Of a stretch of 64,000 bases of DNA, positions 34,701-47,099 are shown one piece after another (the stretch's first letter is position 1; every line of letters starts with the position of its first letter). Where the stretch lies: contig QPGO01000029.1 of NCBI GenBank assembly GCA_008632985.1, positions 322,874-386,873 on the forward strand, given 5' to 3'. Both the position numbers and the translations under genes were made by a program. This DNA is from Psammoneis japonica. Taxonomy: Eukaryota. A model generated the notes under the pieces. It was not told the origin of the DNA. It saw only the letters and a list, made by a program, of their open reading frames with translations, and did not search any database.

Positions 34701-37700
34701 CATCATCAATGAAACAATCTGCATCAATCTCATTCATCACTTCTTCAATGATGGCTTGAGCAACATCTGTCACCGGCTTCAAACCCATTGTGAGTCGACA
34801 ATGTCGAAACTTGCCACAAGGAGCAACAACAGCACACAACTCCTTGGACTCTTCATCAAGCTCCAAAGCACAACAGAACATGGACAAATCCAACTTGGGG
34901 GAAATGCTTGCATCCTTTTCTCTTCTTGACAATGTCTTGAATTCTTGGCAAAGGACACATTGGCCCTTTTAGTGCCTTGTTGAGCATGCAAAAATTGGAC
35001 ACCCATCGCACTCGCTGATCCTTTTTGGGAATGATGAACAAAGGAGATGCCCAACAGGTGGGGCCACAAGGCCTTGATGCTTCCATCTGAACAAGATGCT
35101 GAAGCTCTCTCTTGAAAATCTCTTCATGAACCTTCGGGACTGAGTGCTGTCGAGCATGAACCGGAATTGCACTGGGATCAATTTCCAAGTGGACCAATTC
35201 ATGTGGATGCCAACCCAATTTTCCATCAAACACCTTCAGGAACCTGGCCAGTGCTTGCTGCAATTCCAGTTGCTGCTCTCTTGACAGACATGTTTGCCTC
35301 TTAGCTGCTTCTTCTAGAGATGCTGCTGACTCACATTTGGCACCCAGAATTTGCGTGGTGAGTGAATGAAACTTGATCTCGTTGATTTCTTCTTCTTCAA
35401 CTTCTGGACCTGCAAGAGCAAAGTGAGCATTTTCTGCATTGTCCCAAAAGGTAAGTTCCTTCATGGGTGTGGACTTGCCCAACCACTTGACTGTCCTTGA
35501 TGAAAAGTTCACATCAATTCCCATCTTGGTCAAAAAATCCGATCCAAGAATCACATCGTAACGGCACGGCATTTGAAATGTGAGAGCCCTTTGAAAATCA
35601 ATGCTTCTTGATCTGTTGAATTCAGGTGGCACAATCATCTCCAAACCAACTGCTCCATTGCTCTTCATTGGTCCTGCAGCTGTGTTGCATGCTGCTGTCT
35701 TCTTGAGCAGGCTTGGAGCAGCTCCACATGCCAAACATTGCTCGTGAACAAGAGCAGTTGCACTGCCTGAATCAAACAACATTCTTGATGAACGAGAACA
35801 GAGTGAGCTCCATTCACTTGTTTGCATGCAAGGACTGATGCAGGTGCCATGTCAGCATTCATGCTTTTTACATTGGGCACCGGCATGCCACCACAATTCA
35901 ATCCCATTGGCTCTTCTTGATTTTTCTCATTCTCCATGTTGCTTTCATGTGACAAACATGTGTCATGTGAAGGTTCATGTTCAATTGGTGCATTTGTGTC
36001 AATGGCAATGACATTGTCAACTTCAAAGCTGACACCAGGACTGGAGCAGCACTCCAAGCTGGATCACAATCCAGGTCCTCTTAGACATGGACCTCATCTG
36101 ACATCCACTCCTCCTGACGTCTTGTCAGGACCTCCTGGCAGACCACAGCCTGCCATGTCAAAGTGGCGCACATCTGCACCCCACTCTTGTGACTGCGCAT
36201 CAGTCAGAGAAGCTTGTCAAGCTGGGTGAGCATTTGGTTCTTCTGAACTGCTCTGCACCTGACATTGGTTTGCACAAAAATTCTGAGGCAAATTCTGCTG
36301 ACCGCATCCTCGGCCCACACTGTTCTGGTTGTAACCACGGCCATGTCCGCCTTGGCCACATCCAAAACTGTTGTTGGGGGTGTGTCCACCATCGCCACAT
36401 CCATGTCTCCAGCACAGTTGGCATTCTGAGGGCCACAAAATCAACCTCCATGGTTTCCTCGGCCTGGACATTGGTTGCAACCTCGCCCACAACCTGCATC
36501 TCAGCCTGCACTTGGCAAACCTTGGCCACCCCTCTGAAAATGAGGATTTGGATTGCAACTGGGACTCTTGAGATTCTCCCTGCAATTTCACCACAAAAGA
36601 GGTGCTGCAGAGTCCTTGTGCAATCAACAACAGGAGTCGGGACCAAACTTCTTCTTGTTCCCGGCAGAATCCACATCTCCAGCTCTGCACTTCTTGGGCT
36701 CCTCTTCAGACTTGCCAGAACTTTTCTGATCAGCAAATCCTTTCTCATTGGACACATGCTGAGTGACATCTTCTAAGGAATCAGTGCTGACATCCTTTCC
36801 AGCATGCACACAACTCTGCTTCCACATCATCGGCATTCCCATGAATGTGTTGTTCTTGATTTGTTGCTCATTGAGCAAAGGCTCAGTTCCTGGCAGCTTG
36901 TTGGCACAATGTGACATTTGAATCATCCTGTCAGCATGCTCATGAGGAGAATCACCAAAGGGTTTAGAGAAGTTTTTTTCAAAAATTCAAACATCGTGTC
37001 ACGTGCTTGATGATCGCAGTGTCACTGATGGAAGCACGCAATTTCCGCATCAAACCTGGCCATCATCCGATCTGCTCCTGTGGTGCCTGAAACCAAATTG
37101 CTCCATGCGTCTTGAGTGTTGTCATCCAGTGCTTCTTCACAATGGGTGAATTTTTCAGGCCCTTCATCACAATCCAAATGCTCGGCACAGTTTTCAAATC
37201 ACTCTGCAGTGCAGAGCAAGCACTCAATGCCACACTTGCCGGTGAACTGAGGGCACATCTTCTGTTTCTTAGCACCATCGTCACAGTTCTGCACAAGTTT
37301 CACTTTGTCCAAATCTCCGTGCTTGGTGAAGGTTGATTTGTGCACAAAGCACGGTGCTCTCAATGAGGCTCTCACCAAATGCGACATTGCGTTTGAGGCA
37401 AAGAATGCACAGCAAAGAAAAAAAAGGAAAGAACAAGACACAGTGTGATCACAGTGAATGGTCTTGACAAGCTGTCTACAAACACTTTCTAAAAATCATG
37501 GGAAAAGCTGCGATTGACTGTGCAGCCACAGTGCTCGGGTTTCTGTCACAGAATTTCTTCGAGGTGTCAACAATCCCGGTCATTCGAATCTCCCAAATCT
37601 TTCAGCTGATGACACAATCATGATGCAGAAGTTTGCTTCATCTGTCTCCGCTCCACAGCCACCCATGCTGCAGCACAGCAGCCTGTGCACCCAAACACTC

Positions 37701-38368
37701 CACCCTGTGGAAAACATGCACAGCTTGCAAGCTTGGGCTCTGTTGTGCAACAAAAAGAGGGCAAAGCTGCTTGCCCCAGCTTCTGCTTTGTGCCAGGCCA
37801 CATGCACCCCACCCCTGCCAGACCTTGTGGGAGCTCTCTGGCTGGCCAGCTGACAGCCCAGGTGAGCTGTGTGCCAATGGCGGCAAAGGCTCTGGCAAAG
37901 AAGGAGCTTCTTGTGACAGCATTGTGAGCAGAGGGGTGTGCAAAAAATGGCGACTCTGGTCTTCTCATGGCCAAAAGCTGGGCACTGCTGCATGACAGTC
38001 AAGTTGCTGTTTTTTGGCCATTGGCGGCTTTGCGCTTTGGCCTCTGTTTTGTCTCATTCAAGCAAAATCAGATGGCGGCCATCCAAGTGTTTGCTCCTCC
38101 TGTTTGTCTGGCTGCCAGATTGGCTTTTGTAAAAGCTCTCTCTTTTGCACCATCATCTTGTGAGCCATGGAGATTTTTCAGAGCTTTTGGTGGCTTCCAA
38201 TCTAGTTTCCAAGGGGTGTGCTGAGGCAGATGAGATCTGGGCATTTGAGATCGCTTTTGACTTTTCAACATGCAGTCAAGGGAATTGTGGAGCGCCGTCT
38301 CTCATTCGCCCAATGACGCTCGCTGTGCACAAGAACAGGCACAGCACACACGACTCACTGATTTTGCC
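31757..38368. repeat. ~1.3 kb dispersed repeat, copy A, split by the Gypsy insertion (31757-32332 + 37641-38368)
   Basis: Both halves align colinearly with the uninterrupted copy at 42464-43685. Confidence 0.8.
32333..37640 (-). mobile_element. Full-length, inactivated Ty3/Gypsy LTR retrotransposon
   Basis: LTRs 32333-32516 and 37455-37640 (TGAA...TTCA); 5-bp TSD TCTGT on both sides; polypurine tract GGAAGGGAAGAG next to the 3' LTR; order gag-like, protease (LFDSGS), RT (WASPLFIIPKKD, FIDDV), RNase H ([11 protein letters not shown]), integrase (VAIDSIGPW, IHDKGSEF, NPQANAIC, GPF). Confidence 0.95.
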
Positions 38369-38510
38369 TTTGAAACCAAACACCAAAAACCAACAATCAA
38401 AAACAGCCGCAGCCTCATCAACACATACTCGAATACTCTCGTGGAGACACGCTAGGAATACTCCTCCCGGAGGACCTTATGACCTCATTTATTTTCGTTG
38501 AAACAAGACC

Positions 38511-41500
38511 ATGGTGGGTGTTGTGCCACTACAGCCTTTGTTTCTTTGAGTGATACCCTCTTCGTTTTGCTCGTTTCTTATCTGACTCTGTTGTTTTCCC
38601 GAAATAACCACAGACTCCAACCACGACTGAAAACTTTCGAAATGCTTTCCGGTTCTTGTCCGCAACTCAGGTGTTGCAGATGAGGGCGTTGGCGGCTCGC
38701 CAGCTCCTTCCTACGCAGGAGCACCCCAGGAGTGTTGCGGACGATGAAGCTCTCATCTTTGTATTTGTTTCCCATCGATGGGACGAGAAGGCCAATCCGG
38801 ACAAGAACGGGAAGCAGCTAAAAGCCCTACAGACGGTATTGACTTGGTTGAAGGACTTACTCTCTGCCTCGTTTGGCGCGGCTCTTGCCTGGCCGCAAGA
38901 AATTGACCAGCTCCTCGAAGGTATGCCACAAGCAGCGTCGCTTGTTTCAAGAATACAAAAAGCTGTCAAGAACAACGAGTCCAAATCCGCCATGATGAAG
39001 AGCAATCCTCTCGATCATATTTGGTTATGGTACGACTGTTCTTGTTTGCCACAGCATCTTGATCATCGGAAAAAGACACCTGAGGAAAAAGTAGAGTTCC
39101 AGAACGCTCTTTTGCATCTCGACTGGCTGGTGAGCCAATCGGAGGTGCTCTGCTTGCGTTCCGACGATGACGACTACGAGGAACGAGCGTGGTGTTCCTT
39201 CGAGTGTTTCCAAAAGTCTGTGTCCCACTTTGAAGGCTACATGATGATGAATATCGACAAAGTGGAACGTGGCGAAAGGGTCGAGGAATGGTTTGTGAAG
39301 GACACCAATCCTGAGTGGTATAAGAAGACAATCCAACAGCCCCAGTCTTATCCCATGTTTCGCCAACTGGATGAACAGCTTGGAAAATCTCTTGAGAATT
39401 ACAACAAAATTATGTCAAATGCCTCCGGAGCTATTGCACAGTCCAGAGAAGCTACATATGAGAAGCTGAATACAACCTGGAAAGAACTGGTGGACAATAG
39501 CACAGGAGGAGCCGCGAGCGTTGACCTTACGGTACCCGATCTTTGTGAAAACATGCAAGCAATACGTCGAACGAATTTGAAAATTCCCAAGGACCTACCA
39601 TTCCAAATGGCGCTTGAAGCAACTGTCCGTGAACTGCAGTCTGCTGTTTTCTCCATGTCCTGCCGCGATGCGGCAGCACTTGCCGACATACCTATAGCCC
39701 CGGAACACAATTCTTGCATTGCCAACGTTGGGATTCAGTGCGGACTCCACGAGGGCCATGAATTGCGAACAGTTGAAGAGCAGAGGGCTATACTCGATCA
39801 AGCGGACGCTTCGCTTCGAGCTCCGTGTTTTGAACGAGAGTCCGACGAAACGCAGTTGCGTTGCAAGAACGGCCATTCCTTGGAACCAGATATTGCAGGT
39901 GAAAGTTTTCGCTGCGATGTTGATTCCTGCCAGCTTGATCAAAAGACAATACCCACCGAAAGCGTTGTCGCTTCCTGCAAAGAGTGCAACTACGATCAGT
40001 GCTTTGGCTGTTCTGTCTCCAGTGAAGAAGCCGAATCTTTGCCTTGGTCATCCGACGCGGCGCTAAATTTGATGATGACCAAATGTTGCGTCAAGTTCCC
40101 TCCGCCGCGGGATGTTGCCTCCAACATAGCTGACGCAATGTGTGAACGCCGTGTGACAATCGATCTTTACAGCCTCTTGAGATCGATGTTGCACAGATAC
40201 GGTCAAAAATGCACGAATGCTGCTGACACTGCATACGTCGGCTTGTTGGCACTGCGGCACTTGCTTTCCGGACCTGGGAGAAAGAAGAACTCGTATCAAA
40301 TTTATTGTGGACCGCTGAAATTCTTGTATCCCGCAATTGCAAAGGCCGTGGAACTAAGTACAGAACTCACAAGTCAAGACGAAGAGGTCGAATCACTTCA
40401 AGTCGAAATCGTCTTTAGAGTACCAAAGTGGGTGCTTCTGGACATGGCAAATGCCCAAATTACGTTTGCTGCAACGTTGTTGCACAGCGAAGGTCTTGTC
40501 ATTTCATCGGAAGCTGAGGCATACTTGCAAGAGAACCCGGGATCCATTTCATTCTCGTATGACGGCTCAATGTCGCAACCAATCCAACGGCGCGAAAGCT
40601 GTCGATTTCAACAAGCGTGCCCGTATTCGTGGACTACTTGTGAGCATGTCTACCAGGGGCAGGCCTACCAGTTACTAGCTAGTCTTCAATCTCCTTCCAG
40701 CCTCGACGCCTGGACAACAACTCGATGCCCCAGCCCGGTAGCGTTCTTTGCGAGCGTCGTCACAGAAGATCACGTCTTTATCATAGGAGGGCTTGAAGAA
40801 CATGACGAAATGTTGCAACCACCACCAGTTGCTACCGTGCGCCGCGCTACACTCCCATTTTCATGCAATACAGATGTCATGTGGACGAATCTGTCGTCGT
40901 TGTCACAAGCACGCCGGAGTCATGCCGCTTGTCTACGGAAGGACGAGAATGGCCTTCCGCTATCGATCTGGGTGAGTGGTGGAATTGGGCTCGATGATTC
41001 CGAAGATGACGAGCCACCACGGCTTGACACAGTGGAGGTTCTCAACCTTTCGGATCCTAAAGCTTCCTGGATCTCTGGTCCTTCCATACCTCGTACGAGG
41101 TCGAGCCATGGGATGGTGTGCGTAGACGGTTGCCTTTTTGTTTATTGTGGGCGCACCGGCGACGGCTTGAACATAGTTGATATATTCAACTTTCGGAACG
41201 ACTTATGGTTGGAAGGACCGGAGTTGCCGCTACCACTTCGGGGTAGTGGATCGGCCGTGATTCAAGACCGTTATTTACTTGTGCTTGGTGGAGTAGACGA
41301 TGAGGCTCCAGTGTTGCGATCATGGGTCCTAGACACGAAACCCTGGGCAGAGTGGAGTTCTAAAGGTGGAAATAGCCAAGAGCGACCAACTTCTTCATGG
41401 ATGGATGGTCCGCCACTGCCAGAAGCCAACGGATGGCCCAACATCTGTGCTGCGGAGAAATCTGAGACCAACCAACTATACGGTGACTGGGTTCTATCTG

Positions 41501-42105
41501 TGGCACCGTCTCTTCGCGGCAATCTGTGTTATGGGTTTTGCGTTGTTCTCCCAATCAAAGAGGATGATTCTTCTCACTGGTCAAGATTGCGATGGTTTCA
41601 GCTGGGCGCTACACCCGACGCGACGAGGGGTGGAAACTGTGTCGTCACCAACGATGGCACGCTTGCCATCATTGGTGGGAAAGGTTGCTCAGATGAAAAT
41701 ACCTGGTCCAATCGTATCCACTTCCGGCGCTTGATAGGGACGATGCCAATGCCACTGCCATTGAGCTACTCGTCTTCCGGGATGCCAGACGCAGAGAATC
41801 TACGTATTTGCCTCAATGACCATTACTTGCTTGGGCGCCTCGGGGTGCCAATCACGGAAGAAGCTCTCTTTTCTTTTGAAGGGACTAAGAGAATACGGCT
41901 GCTTCCTCCGAAGGGAGATACGAATGTTCATTGCCACCACTGCCTTGTCTCGAAGAAATCGCTGGATGGTTCTCGCAGCGGTGGTGCGACACGATTTGGT
42001 TTCCGTTCTTCCGCGCGATCGCGTTGCGTTCCTGTTTGCAGCCAATGCTTCTACTGTCTGTACCTTCAGAGCAGTTATGGCTCGACGGGTGATGAGGAAG
42101 GGTAA
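38511..42105 (+). CDS. HET-like domain / Cys-rich zinc finger / Kelch-repeat protein
   Basis: 1149-aa ORF: FVSHRW...NPD...QL, WLWYDCSCLPQ, YEERAWCSFE (HET-like); CKNGH..CDVDSC..CKECNYDQCFGC; Kelch-like GG repeats (FIIGG, WVSGG, LVLGG, IIGG); possible ATG 38511 plus intron 38514-38613. Confidence 0.8.
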
Positions 42106-42463
42106 CATGTGGCTCTTCATTTCCAATTGTGTACAATTGTGCGCCAAACTGCTTTTGCTCTATGATGTATCATCCCACGAGCTCAATTGCTGGTTCGAAA
42201 TTTTGGACTGCTTCACTGCCGTGTACGCACTGCCACAGTGGAGATCTAACACGAGATAACAAATCGTGGCGGTTTCATTCTACCACATCTTTGTTGGTTG
42301 TTGGGCACCATCAGTTTTTCTCTCTGATTCTTTGCATGGCTCCGACGTGTCATCTACATGGGCGCACCACAGCTGGCCACTTGTCTCTTGTTCACAAAAC
42401 TTTGGCGCCCTTCCTCTGCATGTGAGTGCCACAAGGCATTGCATCTGTTCTCTTCACTGTCCA

Positions 42464-43685
42464 CACACATGGCGAAGTGACGTAAACAGCCAAAGGAGTG
42501 CACCCTGCATTGCCTCATTTTGCAGTTGCTAAAGCCACTCCTGAAGCACCTTTGCTGAGCTTTGTCTGGCTCCATGGGGTGACAAACTGTCTCCAGTTCA
42601 AGAACAGCTGCTCTTGAGCTTGTCCAGCATGCAGTCATTGTGCAAAATGGCAGCAACAAATGGAGAGAAGCAGTTGGCTGCATTTGTGTGCGCTGTTTTG
42701 TTCTCCACTTTTTTCCCCTCAAGTTGAGCCAATGCAAAGCAAACGCCCACTTGCTGCAAAGCACAAAAAAGAGCAGAGGTGGCTCCTGAGCTCTTGCCAA
42801 AGCTCTGGCAGACAAAGCAGCATGCACCCATGCCAGAGGCGGCAATGAAGTGCCTTTCTTGTGTTGCAGCTGTTGCAAAAACAAAGTGACTTCAAGCCTG
42901 CGCTGAGCTTGCATCTCTCCAATTGCAGGGAGTTTTGGAAAAATGCAGAGAAAACAGAGCTGGCCAAAGATGAGTGTGAGCACTCGTGCCCTGCAAGCAC
43001 AGTGTGCAGAGGTTGCTCTGTGCTGCAACCATCTCCACATCCACCCATGCTGCAGCACAGCAGCCTGTGCACCCAAGCACTTCACCTCTGGGGAAAATGT
43101 GCGCAGTTTGCAAGCTTTGGCTGCGGCACGCAACAAAAAGCTTGCGAAGCTGCTCGCCACAGCTTCTGCTGCTTTGCCAGGCCACATGCACCCCACCCCC
43201 ACTCAGACCTTGTGGGAGCTCTCTGGCTGGCTGGCTGGCAGCCCAGGTGAGCTGTGTGTGCCAGCAGCAGCAGCAAAAAAGCTCTGATGAAGAAGGAGCT
43301 CATTCTTGTGACAGCTTTGCTGTGAGCAGAGGGGCACACAAAAAAAAAAGCTCTGGTCTCATCATGGCAAAAAGCTGGGTGCTGCTGCATGACAAACAAG
43401 TTGCTGTTTTTGGCCATTGGTGGCTTTGTGCTTTGGCCTCTGTTTTGTCTCTCATTTGAGCAAGTTGGACGACATCCAAATGTTTGCTCCTCCTCCTGTT
43501 TGTCTGGCTGCCTGCTTGGCTCCTGTGCACAAAAACTCTCTTTTGCACCATCATCTTGTGAGCCACGGAGATCTTTGAGAGACTTTGGGAGTCTCTGCTT
43601 CCCCTCTAGTTAGCCAGGGTGTGCTGGCTGAGCGAGCGAGATCGCAAGAACAGGCACAGCACACAAGACTAACACTGATTTCGCC
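42464..43685. repeat. ~1.2 kb dispersed repeat, copy B (uninterrupted), TpA-depleted island 4
   Basis: Shares e.g. AAAGCCACTCCTGAAGCACCTTTGCTGAGCTTTGTCTG and CAAGAACAGGCACAGCACAC with copy A, same orientation. Confidence 0.85.
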
Positions 43686-43838
43686 CAGTCCAAGAGCAGA
43701 GAGCGCTACCCCGCAAAATTCGCATTTCGCATCAGCATTCAGCATCCCTTTTGATGTCTTTTGTGTGTGCAATACCCAGTGCTTTCGGTATTGTTGCCTA
43801 CCTTTTCTATCAGCAACGCGAAAGGAAGAATTGATTCG

Positions 43839-45175
43839 ATGGACCAATCTGTTATCGCAACGGGCGACGATGCAGTGCTAGCCAAGCGAGCTGCAGTTGC
43901 TGCAGGCTATTACGAGGACCCTTTCCTTGAGCCATTGATCACGAACTGTCGCGGACTGGCAGCTGCCCCTGATTTTTCATCTGGTGCTCCCGCATCCCCA
44001 GCTCCAGAACAGCCTCCGTTTAATCCAACCCATGGGACTCGACTTGACCCACCTGCTGGAAACCAAACTAGTCGCAAAGATTTCTCGTCTGGCGGACCAA
44101 CGATAGCATCGTGTCCAAGGCTTCCCGTCGCTGATGCGAGAAAGATGAGGCATCAACAACCAATTATCAAAAGAGGTACACATGCTCGTGTTTGCTGTAT
44201 CGATCGAGCAGTCTCCGCTTTTATCTCCTTGCAGCATGAGCAGAAGAAGAGACAAGTAGTGGTGTTGGGAGCTGGAAAAGATACTTCTTACTTTCGCCAC
44301 CGGGCCGGTTTATCTGTATCAGGCAGAGCAACTTTAACAGAAGATTCGACACAGTGGTTCGAAGTAGATTACAATTCAGTGATTCACTCCAAAGCAGAAA
44401 CAATTCAGACATCGCCAGTACTTTCGTCTCAGGCGACTGTAAAGTCTGTTGGGGCCAATTCTTACCTATTGTCTCATCCTGACTCGCTATCTCGATGTTA
44501 CTTGCTTGGGCACGATTTGCGCTTGGAACCAAAGATATTGATGGACCAACTGCTGCTCTGCTCATTTGATCCAGAAGCTGTCACCTTATTTGTACTCGAA
44601 TGCGTTCAAATGTACTTGCCAGGTACGTAGCGTACCATACTTTGATTGTCCCCTAATGGACATTCTGTGAATACGGGAGACCAACCCAACTATTGCGTTT
44701 GTCCATTTCTTTTTTCATAGAGGATTCAAGTCGTGTCCTTCTCCAGTTTCTATCACAAAGCTGTCCCAAAGGATGTGTTGTGCTGTATGACCCAATACTG
44801 GGGTCCGACCCTTTTGGAAAAGTAATGGAACAGAATCTCCTACGAGCTGGCGTTGTTTCTGACGAATCGTGCCTCCTTCAAACGCGAACACTTTGTGATC
44901 AGCTGCAAAAGATGGCGGCTTGCGGTTTTGACCATGCAGTGGGATGCGACATGTGGAGTGCTTACGAAACAGTAGTGACACCGGAGCAACGCCGTCGTGC
45001 CAATCAATGCGAGTTTCTAGACGAAATAGAGGAATGGATGTTGATAATGAGGCATTACTGTCTGCTTCTCTGCTGCAAGTCAGACAACACTTTCGGACTT
45101 GCACTGGCAAAAGTCGGGTCTTCATCGCCTGTTGGTTTTGTTGACGGTCGGTGCCATCTGGCTACCAAGCGGTGA
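43839..45175 (+). CDS. LCMT1: Leucine carboxyl methyltransferase (LCMT1/PPM1)
   Basis: AKRAAVAAGYYEDPF, PIIKRGTHAR, QVVVLGAGKDT, ECVQMYL, DPFGKVM, EFLDEIEEW..IMRHY; intron 44623-44720. Confidence 0.92.
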
Positions 45176-45240
45176 CCGATTTGAGGACTCGAGTGAAAAC
45201 ATGCAACGCAGAAGTAGATTTCGTCCTCGCGATAAATTAT

Positions 45241-47028
45241 TCATATGCCTGTATCATTGCACTTTTCTTTCTTCCCAGAAAGCTTGTAACCTAGCCTTCT
45301 CTGATGTTTTAGTTGTTGCGTTGTCGTACGTTCCTCTCGCTCGTACCAAGGTGAAGGTGCAGAAGAGTTGGGAGACGGAAGGAAAAGTCGGTATAGATCC
45401 ATGTTGTTTGCCACAAACGATGGCTCCAGACCATGAAGTACGCACCAGCGACGCATTGATACATCAACCTGCTGCTCCATGGTATAGCTTGGAACAGATA
45501 AGAGACTTTCAAGCACGGATTCTGACACGTTGACTTCCCGATGAGACGCAGCACTTCGAATCATATCGTGATTGATTACAGAGGCTGGATACGCAGAAGG
45601 CAAGCCAACCACACCTTCTGTTAGGGTAAATTCTCCGGGGGGCGGCATAGTAGAATCTCGAAGAACTTTGTGCAAAGCCTCTGCAGGAGGCAATGTCCAT
45701 TCGTGAAAGGGGTCTTCGTCGTGGGATCGTCGTAGCTGTTCAGATGATATGATATCTTCATTTCCCTCAGATCCTTCGTGGTGAATTCGATTCTTTGCTT
45801 CCAATTTAAGGCATCGAGTAACATGTGACCTTGCTAGAGGGAGTAACGAGGCTGTCAAAGATTCTTCGACTACCATACCTAAAGCAACCAGAGCAGATTG
45901 ATCAAACGATCGAAACAATGAGTGGTCGTGATTCGCGGCGACGCCTTCAACATTGGATTCTGTTGGACATGGCGCTTCCCCGCGAGACTCAGGAACAGAC
46001 AGTTCCACCTCTTTTGTCCGTCTGAAGTTGTCAAAAAGGCGATACGTTTCGTCGTCACTTCCGTAAGTCCACTTGCCCTCTTGCCACGGAAGCCGTTTGG
46101 GCTTACTAGTTTTGGGTGGACTCTCGTCATCCGACACATCACTGTTGGCCAAGAAACGATGCTTCACCCAAGTGCAGTTGCTTTGATCTTGTAGGCGAGG
46201 TATTCGAATGGATGACCAGACCTGCTCTTCTGCACGTTGCGAGATGAACTTGAGGTGCGATGGCGGCAGCGGCGAGTCGGATAAACAAAGAAGTGGATTT
46301 GAATCATTAATATTTGTGGTTTCGGCAACCGGCATTGATTCTGCCTGCTCAGAAGGGTCGTTCGTTGGATTACTATTGCTTTCTCCACAGTGTGTGCAGT
46401 GAGTGGCCCACCCAACAAGGGAGCTGATCTCCTTTACTGGCATCGCCTGAAAGACACAATCCCTACCCGCCCAGGAAGAATCAGCCAATTCGTTCCAATC
46501 TACATAGTCTCTCTTCCTATCGCTGAGTTTTTCTTCCTCATCCACACTATTTTCTTCAGAAGAAGATCCTAGAGCTTCGTCTTTCTCATCTGATTGCTCG
46601 TCCAAAAGAGAGGCGATCCGTTGTTGTTTCGTTCGATGCTCCTTTATTGCAATGCGTCCTCTCTTCTCGAGTTGTCGGCTGTGGGAAGTTCGCGATTGCG
46701 ACCATTTTCTTTTCAAACCTTTCCCTGGTAGTCGACTACGGGAACCTGACGACATAGGTATAGGACCAGCATTTATGCGTCCTTGAGGATGAGAAGCAGC
46801 AGACTTCGAATCTCTGTCATCTTTGTTCTGAACAGCTGAAGAAGATGATAATTCGGCTCGACTTGCCTCGTCGACATCATCACCGGAGGAGGAAGAACTT
46901 GAAGAGCTGCTCGATTGACTAGATAGCTCATTTTTAAAGGAGACGTTCGTTGGTTCGTCCGTATTAAGAAGATCAACGCTCTCGTTGTAGCTGCTATCAT
47001 CGTCGCTACGATTCATCTTGCTCATCAT
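45241..47028 (-). CDS. Hypothetical protein, Ser/acidic-rich N-terminus
   Basis: ~595-aa intact ORF with normal Tyr/TpA usage; no recognised domain. Confidence 0.7.
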   Translation of the reverse strand: MMSKMNRSDDDSSYNESVDLLNTDEPTNVSFKNELSSQSSSSSSSSSSGDDVDEASRAELSSSSAVQNKDDRDSKSAASHPQGRINAGPIPMSSGSRSRLPGKGLKRKWSQSRTSHSRQLEKRGRIAIKEHRTKQQRIASLLDEQSDEKDEALGSSSEENSVDEEEKLSDRKRDYVDWNELADSSWAGRDCVFQAMPVKEISSLVGWATHCTHCGESNSNPTNDPSEQAESMPVAETTNINDSNPLLCLSDSPLPPSHLKFISQRAEEQVWSSIRIPRLQDQSNCTWVKHRFLANSDVSDDESPPKTSKPKRLPWQEGKWTYGSDDETYRLFDNFRRTKEVELSVPESRGEAPCPTESNVEGVAANHDHSLFRSFDQSALVALGMVVEESLTASLLPLARSHVTRCLKLEAKNRIHHEGSEGNEDIISSEQLRRSHDEDPFHEWTLPPAEALHKVLRDSTMPPPGEFTLTEGVVGLPSAYPASVINHDMIRSAASHREVNVSESVLESLLSVPSYTMEQQVDVSMRRWCVLHGLEPSFVANNMDLYRLFLPSPNSSAPSPWYEREERTTTQQLKHQRRLGYKLSGKKEKCNDTGI

Positions 47029-47099
47029 TCCATCAATTTGGGCGTTGTGAACAGCAAACAGCAAACTGGAAACGCCCTTTCAAGAATGGCCTTATGTGC

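Noticed and set aside
37430..37454. tRNA primer-binding site of the Gypsy element
   Set aside because: No recognisable TGG-starting tRNA complement next to the 5' LTR; possibly mutated
32333..37640. ADAR-type A-to-I editing of retroelement RNA
   Set aside because: Both A->G and T->C occur on the same strand, the two LTRs differ, and DNA transposons and TSDs are affected too
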